DNA of 64,000 nucleotides from a virus (Duplodnaviria; Caudoviricetes), in IMG/VR virus record IMGVR_UViG_3300023218_000202, positions 3,833-67,832 of that record; one strand, given 5' to 3'. Both the position numbers and the translations under genes were made by a program. Each line of letters begins with the position of its first letter. Within the stretch, counting starts at the first letter, position 1. Below the pieces are notes generated by a model that made no database searches, was not told the DNA's origin, and worked only from the letters and a program-made list of their open reading frames with translations. This document shows positions 1 to 8,560 of the stretch, in pieces.

Positions 1-132
1 GCCATGTCTAGAAGGCGTCTCTCTCGCCTTGAATCTAGCACACTGCAATGACCCCGGAGGTTGGCAAGGGGAGGCGAGCGCGGCCGTGGGCGGGGAGTCG
101 GGGCTCGCCCGCCCGGGCCGCGTCCCTCTCAC

Positions 133-507
133 CTATTCGGTGTCGTCGGTGAGGTCGTAGAACTTGAGCAGCACGGCGACCACCTGGCCGCCGAGGTCGG
201 CACCGCTGGGCGCGTTGCCGGTGAGGTCGGACAACGTCTCAATCGGGCCGACGTTGTGGATGAAGACGGCGATGTCTCGCAACTGCCCGGTGGTCAGGAA
301 GTTGCCGAGATAGGCCAGCTCGTCCTCGGTGATGGTGCTCGGGCGGTTGCTGATGCCGAAGTGCTCGACGACCTCGTCGGTGGTGGCCTCCTGGAACAGG
401 ATGAAGTTGTCGAACACGGCGGCCTCCTGGGCCACGGCCACGAAGGCGAAGGCGGCGACGGCGACGATGGCGAGGACGGCGGAGAGCTTGCGGAAGTTGT
501 TGAACAT
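133..507 (-). CDS. Secreted protein, ComEA-like helix-hairpin-helix DNA-binding candidate
   Basis: SD GAAAGGAG before ATG 507. Signal peptide (RKLSAVLAIVAVAAFAFVAVAQ). HNVGPIETLSDL...GADLGGQVVAVLLKFY resembles the ComEA GPF.SVEDL..V.GIG pattern. Confidence 0.55.
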   Translation of the reverse strand: MFNNFRKLSAVLAIVAVAAFAFVAVAQEAAVFDNFILFQEATTDEVVEHFGISNRPSTITEDELAYLGNFLTTGQLRDIAVFIHNVGPIETLSDLTGNAPSGADLGGQVVAVLLKFYDLTDDTE

Positions 508-560
508 GAGGCTCCTTTCGTGTGACTGGAAATGATTCGGGGATGAGACGGCCACCTGGC

Positions 561-592
561 CGCCCCGCCCCTCGCAAAGCGGGGGCGGGGCG
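561..592. terminator. GC-rich hairpin between the OB-fold and ComEA-like genes
   Basis: cgccccgcccctcgc-aaa-gcgggggcggggcg inverted repeat; no clear U-tract. Confidence 0.4.
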
Positions 593-613
593 AACGCAGG
601 CGGAGGAAGTGGC

Positions 614-1207
614 TTACTCGGAGCTGGCCGGCGCGGCCTCGTCGTCGAGGCCGGTGGCCACTTCGAGCTGGTTGATGTCGTTCAGGATGATCTCGGGCTG
701 GCCGTTGTAGAGCTTGACGGTGCCGATGACCCTGACGAGCTTGTTCTTGAACTCCTGCAGCTTGCCGTCGCCGTCCCGGTCGAGCGCCTCGCGCACGACG
801 GGGAAGACGGCCACGGTGAAGCCGCGCAGCTTGGGCTTGATGAACGACACTTTCTCGCGGTCGTCCACCACTTTGGCGGTGAACTCCACGGTGGTGTCCA
901 GGCCCTCGCAGGCGCGCGGGTTGGCCTCGATCTGTTGGATCGAGGGGTTCTGCTGGCAGGAGCCCTGCACGGGCGCCTCGTTGAGCGTCTGGAACTCCGG
1001 CTCGGGCTGGACGGGCGCCTGGGTCGCGGCGGCCTGCGTCTGGGCCGGCTGCGCCGGCTGCGGCGCGGCGCCGGGGCCAAGCTGGGTGTACCAGGCGAAG
1101 CCGGCAAAGGCCAGCAGGATCAGGGCCAGCGCCTGGTTTTGCTTCACCCAGGCGAGGGCCGCGTTACCGGACCGCTGTGGCGAGGTCTGGTTCGGCTCTT
1201 GGGACAT
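614..1207 (-). CDS. Membrane-anchored OB-fold nucleic-acid-binding protein
   Basis: SD GAGGAGG before ATG 1207. N-terminal TM helix, PAQ-rich linker, C-terminal KLVRVIGTVKLYNGQPEIILNDINQLEV typical of extracellular OB folds. Confidence 0.7.
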   Translation of the reverse strand: MSQEPNQTSPQRSGNAALAWVKQNQALALILLAFAGFAWYTQLGPGAAPQPAQPAQTQAAATQAPVQPEPEFQTLNEAPVQGSCQQNPSIQQIEANPRACEGLDTTVEFTAKVVDDREKVSFIKPKLRGFTVAVFPVVREALDRDGDGKLQEFKNKLVRVIGTVKLYNGQPEIILNDINQLEVATGLDDEAAPASSE

Positions 1208-1355
1208 AGGTGTCCTCCTCTCGAGAGATGAGTTCGGCTTCTGCAAGCGCGCGCAGCACTTCCAGCTCTTCCACCGGGAGCCGAGGCAAGTGTGCCTCCA
1301 GCTCCAGGCGGAAGCGCTGCGCCGGCGTGAGTTGTTCGGCGCGTTTGGCAGTCAT
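1164..1355 (-). CDS. Small hypothetical protein
   Basis: Helical 63-aa ORF in the leftward cluster; overlaps the next gene by 44 nt and has no good SD. Confidence 0.35.
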   Translation of the reverse strand: MTAKRAEQLTPAQRFRLELEAHLPRLPVEELEVLRALAEAELISREEDTYVPRAEPDLATAVR

Positions 1356-1419
1356 CGACGGGTACAGGAGCGGGATCCACCTCCTTTCCTTGGCGCTTCA
1401 CTTTGTGAGCGCCAAGGGT

Positions 1420-1448
1420 TTGACTTTTGCGTCGAGTTGGGCTAGGGT
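1420..1448 (+). promoter_or_regulatory. Sigma70-like promoter
   Basis: TTGACT-17 nt-TAGGGT, directly after a hairpin at 1388-1418 (ccttggcgc...gcgccaagg). Confidence 0.55.
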
Positions 1449-1530
1449 GAAGTGGAATGAAACGACATCACTTCTACGCGGGCATGGCCCTGACGGGCGC
1501 GCTGATCTTGCTGCTGGCGAGGTGGTTTCT

Positions 1531-1647
1531 GTGAACCGTTGGGACGACCCCGACCGGGAAGAGTGGATCCCCGGCGCGGACATGAGCCTGGGGGGACTCG
1601 GGTTCCTCCTGCTGGCGCTGCTCGCGTTGGCGGCGCTCGTTTACTGA
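1531..1647 (+). CDS. 38-aa membrane peptide
   Basis: SD GAGGTGG, GTG start. MNRWDDPDREEWIPGADMSLGGLGFLLLALLALAALVY has one C-terminal TM helix. Confidence 0.5.
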   Translation: MNRWDDPDREEWIPGADMSLGGLGFLLLALLALAALVY

Positions 1648-1667
1648 GCTTCACGCGCAGCCCGGAC

Positions 1668-2108
1668 TTACCTCTGCTCGTCGGGGATCGGCGGGCAGAG
1701 GCTGGGCTCCTTGACGCAGAGGTTGGCGCGCATGGCGTTGAGGAACTGGCGCGAGCCTTTCCAGTAGGCGCGGTAGCTGGGCGCGGCCAGGAAGTTGATC
1801 CAGCCGACGGCATCGGTGTACCCTTCCGCCCCCCGCACGGTTTCGAGCCCGAACCAGTAGGCGCGCGCGTAGTAGGTCCAGGCCGCCGGGTCGATCTCGG
1901 CGGCATCGCTTGCGCCCCAGCCTGCGAACTGCATGCCGGTCTGTAGGGCTTCCTCGAAGATGAACATGGGCCGGGCGGCCAGGTCCATTACCTCGACCAC
2001 GAGGTTGAGCGCGGCCAGCACGGCCAGCAGGACCAGGAACCACTTCGGGATGTTCCAGTCGCGGCCGAGCCGGCCGATCGCTCGCCAGGCACGTTGCAGG
2101 AAGTTCAC
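1668..2108 (-). CDS. Membrane protein, hypothetical
   Basis: SD GAGGAGGT. GTG start overlaps the stop of the nuclease gene (GTGA). TM helix KWFLVLLAVLAALNLVV. Confidence 0.7.
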   Translation of the reverse strand: MNFLQRAWRAIGRLGRDWNIPKWFLVLLAVLAALNLVVEVMDLAARPMFIFEEALQTGMQFAGWGASDAAEIDPAAWTYYARAYWFGLETVRGAEGYTDAVGWINFLAAPSYRAYWKGSRQFLNAMRANLCVKEPSLCPPIPDEQR

Positions 2109-2554
2109 GGTCGCCACCTCCTCGGCGTGCGCCGCCGGCGCAGTTGGAACCACACTTGGAACCCGAACAGCGCCGCAATCACTGCCAGCGGCCGCCACTG
2201 CTCGGCGAAGAACAACGCCGGCGAGTCGGTGATGTACGGCCGGGCCAGCCCATCGAACACCAGCCGGGTGTTGAGCGACACCGGCCAACCGACGGGCTTG
2301 ACCCAGACCAGCAGGCGGCCGTAGACGTCGTACTCGTTTGCGTGGTGCACTTCGAGCGTGGCGCCGTGCAGCCAGCGTTCGACCACTTCGGCCGCGCGCC
2401 GGCCGGCGGTGCGGTAGGTTTCGGGGGCCTCCACGCCGATCAGTCGGACTTCGACTTGGCGGCCAGCAGCCAGTCCTTCAACCACGAACGAGTCCGCATC
2501 GACCGGGCGGGTGAGGACGGCGAGGAACATGAGAGTTGCAGTCGCTCCGGACAT
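2105..2554 (-). CDS. Thermonuclease (SNase family), membrane-anchored
   Basis: VDADSF, VRLIGVEAPE, YDVYGRLLVWV and LNTRLVFDGLARPY motifs; C-terminal TM helix; SD GAAGGAGG. Confidence 0.85.
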   Translation of the reverse strand: MSGATATLMFLAVLTRPVDADSFVVEGLAAGRQVEVRLIGVEAPETYRTAGRRAAEVVERWLHGATLEVHHANEYDVYGRLLVWVKPVGWPVSLNTRLVFDGLARPYITDSPALFFAEQWRPLAVIAALFGFQVWFQLRRRRTPRRWRP

Positions 2555-2718
2555 AGCGCGTAGCCTCCTTCTCTCGGCCGGCGGTCGCTGTTGCCCGCCG
2601 GCCACAGGTCCACCTCGTAGGGGCAGAGCGGACAGTAGGCCCGCAACACTTTCCCGTCCCGGCCGTCGGTCACTTGGTCGCAGCTCGCCCCGCAGTTGGG
2701 ACAGGTCACTTCAGCCAT
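2440..2718 (-). CDS. Zn-ribbon small protein
   Basis: CPNC...CPLC; 3' end overlaps the nuclease gene, so the boundary is uncertain. Confidence 0.4.
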   Translation of the reverse strand: MAEVTCPNCGASCDQVTDGRDGKVLRAYCPLCPYEVDLWPAGNSDRRPREGGYALCPERLQLSCSSPSSPARSMRTRSWLKDWLLAAKSKSD

Positions 2719-2842
2719 CGAGCACCGCCGGCGCGCCGTTGGCGGTGGGGTCCACCTCGTCGTCCACCTCGAGATCGACACCCTGCTCGCGCAGCGCGGT
2801 CACCACTTGGCGGCGGGCGTCGTTCTTGGTCTGGCTGCTCAT
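2711..2842 (-). CDS. Small hypothetical protein
   Basis: Translationally coupled to both neighbours. Confidence 0.5.
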   Translation of the reverse strand: MSSQTKNDARRQVVTALREQGVDLEVDDEVDPTANGAPAVLDG

Positions 2843-3057
2843 CAGAAGATCACCTCGACTTGGATGTCCATCGGGTCTCCGGAGCGATCGAGGCAAGCGC
2901 ACTCGCACTTGGCCTCGATCGACTCCAGGCGTTCGCAGGCGCAGCGGTGGGCTTGCGCCAGGTGTCGGTAATGCCGCCGGAACACGTCGAACTGCCTTCG
3001 GTTCTCGATCGTCCCGTAGCCGGGCACCTCGAGCGGGAACCGGATCACTTCGCCCAT
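2842..3057 (-). CDS. Small hypothetical protein
   Basis: SD GGAGG before ATG 3057; coupled stop/start. Confidence 0.55.
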   Translation of the reverse strand: MGEVIRFPLEVPGYGTIENRRQFDVFRRHYRHLAQAHRCACERLESIEAKCECACLDRSGDPMDIQVEVIF

Positions 3058-3515
3058 CAGGCACCTCCGATTGCAAACACTTCGCGCTCGCCCTTGGGCG
3101 CCCGGTGCGCCCGCCCCGGCCGGCGCCGCAGGCCCGAGGTGAGCGCGGCGTTGGGCGTCACTTCGCACTTCACCACGCGCACTTTCAAGCCCTGCTCGCG
3201 GGCCGTGCGGATCACGTCAGCCGTCCCGGTGGACCGCCCGTCCCAAAACGCCACCAGCGCGTCGGCGTGCCGGGCCATCTGCCGGTTGCGTAGGATGCCG
3301 GCGCGCTTGCCGTGCTTGTGCCAGTCGGCCGGGAAGCGCTGCAGCCGATGCTCGCGCTCGCGCGCGTAGCGCTCCCCGAGCGCATCGGCGCCGTCGGCCC
3401 CGCCGCTCACCACTTCGATCGGCCCGGCCACGTTGGCCAACAGCTCATCCAGCCGGCCCCGCACCAGGTCGTAACAGCGGATCGTCCGGCTGCCGGCCAC
3501 GATCACCTTGAACAT
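3057..3515 (-). CDS. SLOG-family protein (DUF2493/YspA-like)
   Basis: VIVAGSR, VVSGGADGAD, ADWHKHGKRAGILRNRQM and AFWDGRSTGT motifs. Confidence 0.85.
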   Translation of the reverse strand: MFKVIVAGSRTIRCYDLVRGRLDELLANVAGPIEVVSGGADGADALGERYAREREHRLQRFPADWHKHGKRAGILRNRQMARHADALVAFWDGRSTGTADVIRTAREQGLKVRVVKCEVTPNAALTSGLRRRPGRAHRAPKGEREVFAIGGA

Positions 3516-3721
3516 CAGCTCACCCCCTCGGCATTGGGCGAGGCCCGATACGATGCTCCAGCGTGGGCCCACTTGCGGAAGCGGTGCCGCGCCACGCGGG
3601 CGGCGCGCCTCGTCTCTCCATACTCCGCGATGGCGTTGGCGGCGATCTCGCGCGCCACCTCCACCATGCGGCTCTCGTTGGTGGCAGCGTCGGTGCGGGT
3701 CAACAGTTCGATCATGGTCAC
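3515..3721 (-). CDS. Small hypothetical protein
   Basis: SD GAGGAGG; coupled to the SLOG gene. Confidence 0.6.
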   Translation of the reverse strand: MTMIELLTRTDAATNESRMVEVAREIAANAIAEYGETRRAARVARHRFRKWAHAGASYRASPNAEGVS

Positions 3722-3866
3722 TTCCTCCTCCTGTAGGTGGTTCGGTCACTCCGGACCGAACCACCGGGACGTCGGTCCCCGGACCCGTCACCGCCGAGAC
3801 AAAAAAAGGGGAGGCGGCGCCTGGGTGAGCGCGCCACCTCCCCGTCTCTCCTGTCGCCGCGCTCAC

Positions 3867-4799
3867 TTAGGCGCGGTGGCTCATCACCTCCGCCTCCATC
3901 GCCGCGGCCGCCTCATCCCACCAGCGACCGCTCATCGACGGCCGCCACTGCGCCGGCTCGTCCTCCGCGCGCGCCTCACCGCGCACCTCGTCCTCCTCCC
4001 ACTCCCAGTCGGCCTCGGCCAGGTACGCCTCATCCAGCGCGCGCCGGTCATCCAGCTCCCACTGGACGAAGTGGTGCGCGCTGGTGCGCTTCGGGAACAC
4101 CCGCCGGTTGCGCAGCTTCAGTGGCCAGTACTCCACGTTGGACTTCTGTTCTTCGCTGGCGAACTCACCGTCGGCGTCCACTTCGACCAGCTCCGGCTCG
4201 CTGTACGTCTCGTTCCAGTTGAACCACTTCGGCCGGATCGACCACTGCTGGCGACCCGGCTCCCGCTTCGCCGGCATCGTCGTCCGGCTCACCGGCTCCG
4301 GCCCGATCACCTGCGCGCGTTCGCCCTCGGCGGTGACCAGCCACCTCTTGGCCACGATGGTCGGCTGCAGCACGCACTCCTTGCCGCCAGCGAACGGCCC
4401 GCTTTCGATCGCTCGCCACTCGACGCAGTAGTTGCCGACCTGGCTCGGCTCACTGCCACCGAACGCCACCACCCGCGCGCCGGAGTTCACCGCCTGCCGC
4501 ACCGCCAAGCGCGCGCCCGGCTTGTCACCGAACACCACCACGCCGCCGCGCGGCGCCTCGGCGACCAGCTTCACCATCTGGTGCGCGCGCGCCTTCAGGC
4601 GCTTCACCAGCGTCTCCCGCCGGCCCGCTGCCAGCTTTACCACCTGGCAGCGGCCACCGGCCTTGGCCACCGTGGCCACCTGCCGGTCGCCATCGCTTGC
4701 GACCACCGTCGCGCCGGCGCGTTGCACCGACTGGATCACCTTCGCCACCTGCTGGTGGTTGCCCTCACCGAACACCGCGACTGAGAACTTGCTCTGCAT
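3867..4799 (-). CDS. Hypothetical protein with a degenerate DprA/SLOG-like N-terminal domain
   Basis: SD GAAAGGAG. LKARAHQMV..GGVVVF..GARLAVRQA...RVVAF..W..GPFAGG resembles DprA-type SLOG; acidic C-terminal region. Confidence 0.6.
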   Translation of the reverse strand: MQSKFSVAVFGEGNHQQVAKVIQSVQRAGATVVASDGDRQVATVAKAGGRCQVVKLAAGRRETLVKRLKARAHQMVKLVAEAPRGGVVVFGDKPGARLAVRQAVNSGARVVAFGGSEPSQVGNYCVEWRAIESGPFAGGKECVLQPTIVAKRWLVTAEGERAQVIGPEPVSRTTMPAKREPGRQQWSIRPKWFNWNETYSEPELVEVDADGEFASEEQKSNVEYWPLKLRNRRVFPKRTSAHHFVQWELDDRRALDEAYLAEADWEWEEDEVRGEARAEDEPAQWRPSMSGRWWDEAAAAMEAEVMSHRA

Positions 4800-4813
4800 T
4801 TGAGACTCCTTTC

Positions 4814-5046
4814 GGTGACGTTCGTTGATTTCGCTGGCGCGCGAACGTCGCCACCTCGACCTCACCACGCCATGGTGGGGCGGGGTCGACCCCCGCCCCA
4901 CCAATCGTCAAGGGTCATCGCATCGGTACGCCGGCGCGTATGGTCGTCACCGCCCACGCCACCGGTAGGACCAACGGCGGTCAGGTTGAAAGCGGCCCGG
5001 CCTCACCGGCCGGTTTTAACCTGACCGCTTCGCGTCACCCTTGACG
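4814..5046. ncRNA. Candidate structured RNA (multi-stem)
   Basis: Stems 4814-4824/4842-4852, 4873-4885/4891-4903, 4906-4915/5037-5046 and 4977-4991/5014-5028. No convincing coding ORF here. Confidence 0.4.
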
Positions 5047-5222
5047 GCCGCGCCACCTGTGAGCAGGGAACGTCTCGTCTGCTCCGGCGCGGCGGCGTGG
5101 TATCATCGCGAGGCGACGAGAGAGCTGGAGCGGGGGTAGGCGCGTAGCGCCGTAGGGGGGCGTCGTCGTTGGCCCTTAGCCCCCCTGGCCGCCACCGCGC
5201 ATGCGCTTCGCGCCAGCGTACG

Positions 5223-5260
5223 TTCTTCAAAATCGGCCCGCCGTTGCCGATTTTGAGGAA
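5223..5260. other. 15-bp hairpin in the noncoding strand-switch region
   Basis: ttcttcaaaatcggc-8 nt-gccgattttgaggaa (one G.T pair). Confidence 0.6.
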
Positions 5261-5824
5261 GGAAGAGCATGGGCGGTGAGCGGCAAGTCGTTAGCCCACT
5301 GGCATCTGCCCGGTCAAGATCCGGCTCACATCCGAGCCCACCGATGTCCCTACGGTCGCGCCGGGCCTTGGAGCCTCGGGCCCGGCCGTTCAGCAAGCGA
5401 CCGCGCAGCGGGGACGGCAACACCCCGCCCAACGCACCGGGGTGCGTCCGGCCTCCTCCCTGTGAGTAGAGCCCTGGCTTGCATACATGCGGGGGTTTGG
5501 GGGCTCTGCCCCCAATGCGCCCGGGCCAGGGCGCATGCATGCGGCCGGGGCAGGCCGCATGGTGGCGGGGGCTTGAGGGGTAGGGGAATAGTCATGCAGG
5601 GGCCTACCCACCCCCCCTTTACCTGAACGCACACCCCCGTCACTATCCCGCCCGACACGCCCGCCACGCGCTCCGAAATGCACGACGTGGGGCCGCATTT
5701 CGGCCAAAAGGCTGTTTGGCAGCCCCCTTTGAGGCCTTTTGACCTGGGCCGGGCCGTTTGAGGGGCCGGTCAACGGGCCGGGGTAGACTGGTGGGGTCTG
5801 GGCGCGAAAGGGGATGTTCTCAGC

Positions 5825-6298
5825 GTGAGGATCAGTGAAGCGGTCAAGAGGGAGATCGGGCAGCTTTCGGTCGGGGAGATCTTGCGGGCCCGGGAGCAGG
5901 AGAAGTTTCATGTTCCTATTGGTGGTGGCGGCGGTGGTGAGGATACGGATGATGCCCCCCCAGAACCGCTTCAGAATCTATCCCAAGCTGTGCTTGGGAG
6001 GCATAGGTCGATGATATTGGAAGATGGGAAGGAATGCCTCAAGCGGGCTCATCTTCAGAATTCTGGTGGAGAGGTGCCAACCGAGGCGCTTGAACACATT
6101 GATGTCGATTCTGCAATCCAGGAATTTGTGATACAGGGGTCGGTCGAAGAAGGATTTATCGTTTTCATAGTTGGCCTTCCAGGGGTTACGAGTTTGGGTG
6201 GATACGAAGTAGATCCGCCCGTGGCTCCTATTGTCTTCCGGTACAGGCGAGTAGAAGAGTTATATGAGATCAGATATGACGGGTGTCCTCTCACATGA
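5825..6298 (+). CDS. Hypothetical protein
   Basis: 157-aa ORF, lower GC than its flanks, ATGA overlap with the next gene. Confidence 0.6.
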   Translation: MRISEAVKREIGQLSVGEILRAREQEKFHVPIGGGGGGEDTDDAPPEPLQNLSQAVLGRHRSMILEDGKECLKRAHLQNSGGEVPTEALEHIDVDSAIQEFVIQGSVEEGFIVFIVGLPGVTSLGGYEVDPPVAPIVFRYRRVEELYEIRYDGCPLT

Positions 6299-6957
6299 GT
6301 TTAAGCGAATTCGACGATGAAGTATTAGAGCGATTGGCGCATGTTGAACTTCCCTTTGTGGTGGCTGGGGGATGGCCTTTAAGCCAGGTCGTCCCCCAGG
6401 CCCGCACCAAGGACCTGGACGTGTTCGTCCAGAGAGACCCGTCGGGGTTCTTGTCCGAGCTGGGCGTGCCTGCCGACGAGATCGAGCGGCTCAGCCCAAC
6501 CGTGGCCCGGGCCGGTCGCGTCGAGGCGATCCGCTTCCAGCCGGTGGCGGGGGAGCTACGGGGCAGCGTGATCAGCTCGTTCGACTTCGGGATACTGCAG
6601 GTGGGGTATCTGCCGGAGCTGGACAGCTGGATCGTGACCGACCTGTGGCGCGAGCACGCGGCCAGCGGCTTGATCGAGTTCGACCCCGAGGAGAACCCGT
6701 TTCAGCGGCCTGTGCGTGCGCAGAACCGGGTGAAGAAGATGATGCAGAAGCTGGGCTGGGAGGTCGGCCCCGAGGTGTTGCGTTTCATGCGCTATCGCGC
6801 CGATGCGGGCTTCGAGCTGACGCCCCCCGAGGGCGGCGAGGTGTTCCAGCGTCGGTTGCGGCGTTGGTCGTATGCCTCGCTTCAGGAACTCCAGAGCTGG
6901 GTCCAGCCTACGGAAGGTGGCGCGCGGCACCCGTTGGAGCTAATTCAGGGAGTGTGA
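6295..6957 (+). CDS. Nucleotidyltransferase (Pol-beta superfamily, CCA/poly(A) polymerase head-like)
   Basis: VVAGGW...TKDLDVFV (GG..DxD) and SFDFGILQVGY motifs. Confidence 0.75.
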   Translation: MSLSEFDDEVLERLAHVELPFVVAGGWPLSQVVPQARTKDLDVFVQRDPSGFLSELGVPADEIERLSPTVARAGRVEAIRFQPVAGELRGSVISSFDFGILQVGYLPELDSWIVTDLWREHAASGLIEFDPEENPFQRPVRAQNRVKKMMQKLGWEVGPEVLRFMRYRADAGFELTPPEGGEVFQRRLRRWSYASLQELQSWVQPTEGGARHPLELIQGV

Positions 6958-7778
6958 TCGGCTTGGCAAAACGAATCAGCGGGAGGTTGTTGGCCAGGGA
7001 ATCGACCCGGCGTGCCTGGAAGCCGGGGGAGTACCGTGTGCGGGAGCAAACGCAGCAGTTGGATCCCGGCGCAAGCAGTGGCGGACCGTTGCCGCGAGAT
7101 CAGTTCTCGGAAGGGACGATCGACTTCGGCACCTTCTCGGTCGAACCCGTGGAGGGAATCGGGTACGCTGTTAACGTCTGGGCGGATACGGTCTTTTCCA
7201 GATGCGGTCTGAGCTACGACGGCGTCAACTGGAGGGGACCTGAAGGCGGTCTGCGGGATAAGCAGTGGCAAACGGTCTGGGACTCTTCGGGGGCCATCCT
7301 CCAACATCTGCGTAAGCACGCCTTGCAGTTGCTAGAGCAAGGGGTTCCTCGCGGCCGCGAGCTGTGGAACCGTCTGGACCAACGCGCCATCGAGCTTGCA
7401 AACAAGTTCCCGTGCGCCGCGCTGGGTCCGACGCCAAAGGACGGAAGTCAGGCCGGCCCACACGACCCGCGAGGTTCACAAGACCGTCGGGAAGAGGAAC
7501 CTGGCTGTCAGGAAGATCTCTCCCGGGCCAAGACCTTCGTGAGCAATGCTATGAATCTGGCCGCTGGTATTCCTTCGGGGTCTGACTTTGAAGACCATCC
7601 TGACTGCAAGGAGTACGTGAACCTCGCGGCCCGGTTCAATGACATCGCGCTCAAATACTGCTCTGACGCTCACGGCATTGCCGATGCGCCTTGTTCCGGC
7701 TGCCAGGAGTTCGAGAGCCTGATAGAGCGGATGTGGTCTCAGCCCGGCCTCTGCGATGTCATCGCGCTGCTTGACTAA
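6954..7778 (+). CDS. Hypothetical protein with shared N-terminal leader motif
   Basis: GTGA coupling. Leader KRISGRLLARESTRRAWKPG matches 37058-37252. Cys-containing helical C-terminus. Confidence 0.7.
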   Translation: MIGLAKRISGRLLARESTRRAWKPGEYRVREQTQQLDPGASSGGPLPRDQFSEGTIDFGTFSVEPVEGIGYAVNVWADTVFSRCGLSYDGVNWRGPEGGLRDKQWQTVWDSSGAILQHLRKHALQLLEQGVPRGRELWNRLDQRAIELANKFPCAALGPTPKDGSQAGPHDPRGSQDRREEEPGCQEDLSRAKTFVSNAMNLAAGIPSGSDFEDHPDCKEYVNLAARFNDIALKYCSDAHGIADAPCSGCQEFESLIERMWSQPGLCDVIALLD

Positions 7779-7850
7779 ATTCCATCCCAAGTCCCAATCC
7801 CAAGTTGCCCCGGTCGGTGCCGCCCATCGCCAACCGGGGCAACTCCCCGA

Positions 7851-8237
7851 CTACATCGGCCGCGGCTGGCGGTAGAACCAGAGCCGGTGATGCGGCACGC
7901 GCTCCCAGAGGCCGCGGTCGTGGTCGTATCGCTCGACCTCGAGGCCGCCCTCCCGGTCGTCGGGGTCGTACCAGGCGATGCGGAGCCAGGGGCGCACCTG
8001 CCTCTCGAGCTGCATGTGGACGTGCGCGTGCACGCCTAGCAGGTTGGCCGGGTGGTTGAAGCGCCGTTCGCCGCCGTGCCCGCGGCCGGCCACGTGGTGT
8101 GTGTGACTGATCTGCCGGCCGGAGATCCAACACGTTCCGCGTTGCCGCTTCCACACGGCGCGCTTGAGATCTTCGGTGAAGTCTTGCCGGGGCGCTTCGG
8201 GGCGCGTGAGCCAGCGGCGCAGGGCATTGGGATCCAT
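7851..8237 (-). CDS. HNH endonuclease-like protein
   Basis: CWISG...HTHHV..RG.GG...NHPANLLGVHAHVH motif. Confidence 0.7.
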   Translation of the reverse strand: MDPNALRRWLTRPEAPRQDFTEDLKRAVWKRQRGTCWISGRQISHTHHVAGRGHGGERRFNHPANLLGVHAHVHMQLERQVRPWLRIAWYDPDDREGGLEVERYDHDRGLWERVPHHRLWFYRQPRPM

Positions 8238-8302
8238 GCGACCCAGGCTACGCCGGCGCGACGGCGTCCTTTGGCCCATCGCCCCCCCCTAAAATCGTTC
8301 CA

Positions 8303-8560
8303 ATGGACCTGGACGCGCACATCGAGCGGTTTCTCGATGAGGGCGCGCGCCAAAGGAGGTATCGCGCAAGGCTCTTCCTTGCCATGCACATCGAGCAGCG
8401 CCAGGGCGCAGAACTGGACCGTGCAGAGGTCTCGATCGGCCCGCTGATGACAATCAAAGATTGCTTCTGTAACGCCCCGCTCGGGGCGGGGGCCTGCGAG
8501 CTCTGCCACGGCCTGCCACTCGAAGATGGAGAAGGGGAGCGTGATGACGAGGAGTCGTAA
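8303..8560 (+). CDS. Small Cys-containing hypothetical protein
   Basis: CFC...CELCH; overlaps the start of the next gene. Confidence 0.55.
   Translation: MDLDAHIERFLDEGARQRRYRARLFLAMHIEQRQGAELDRAEVSIGPLMTIKDCFCNAPLGAGACELCHGLPLEDGEGERDDEES

Noticed and set aside
7780-7806. Short tcccaa repeats
   Set aside because: Only three or four 6-7 nt units with no spacers; low-complexity junction, not CRISPR or iterons.
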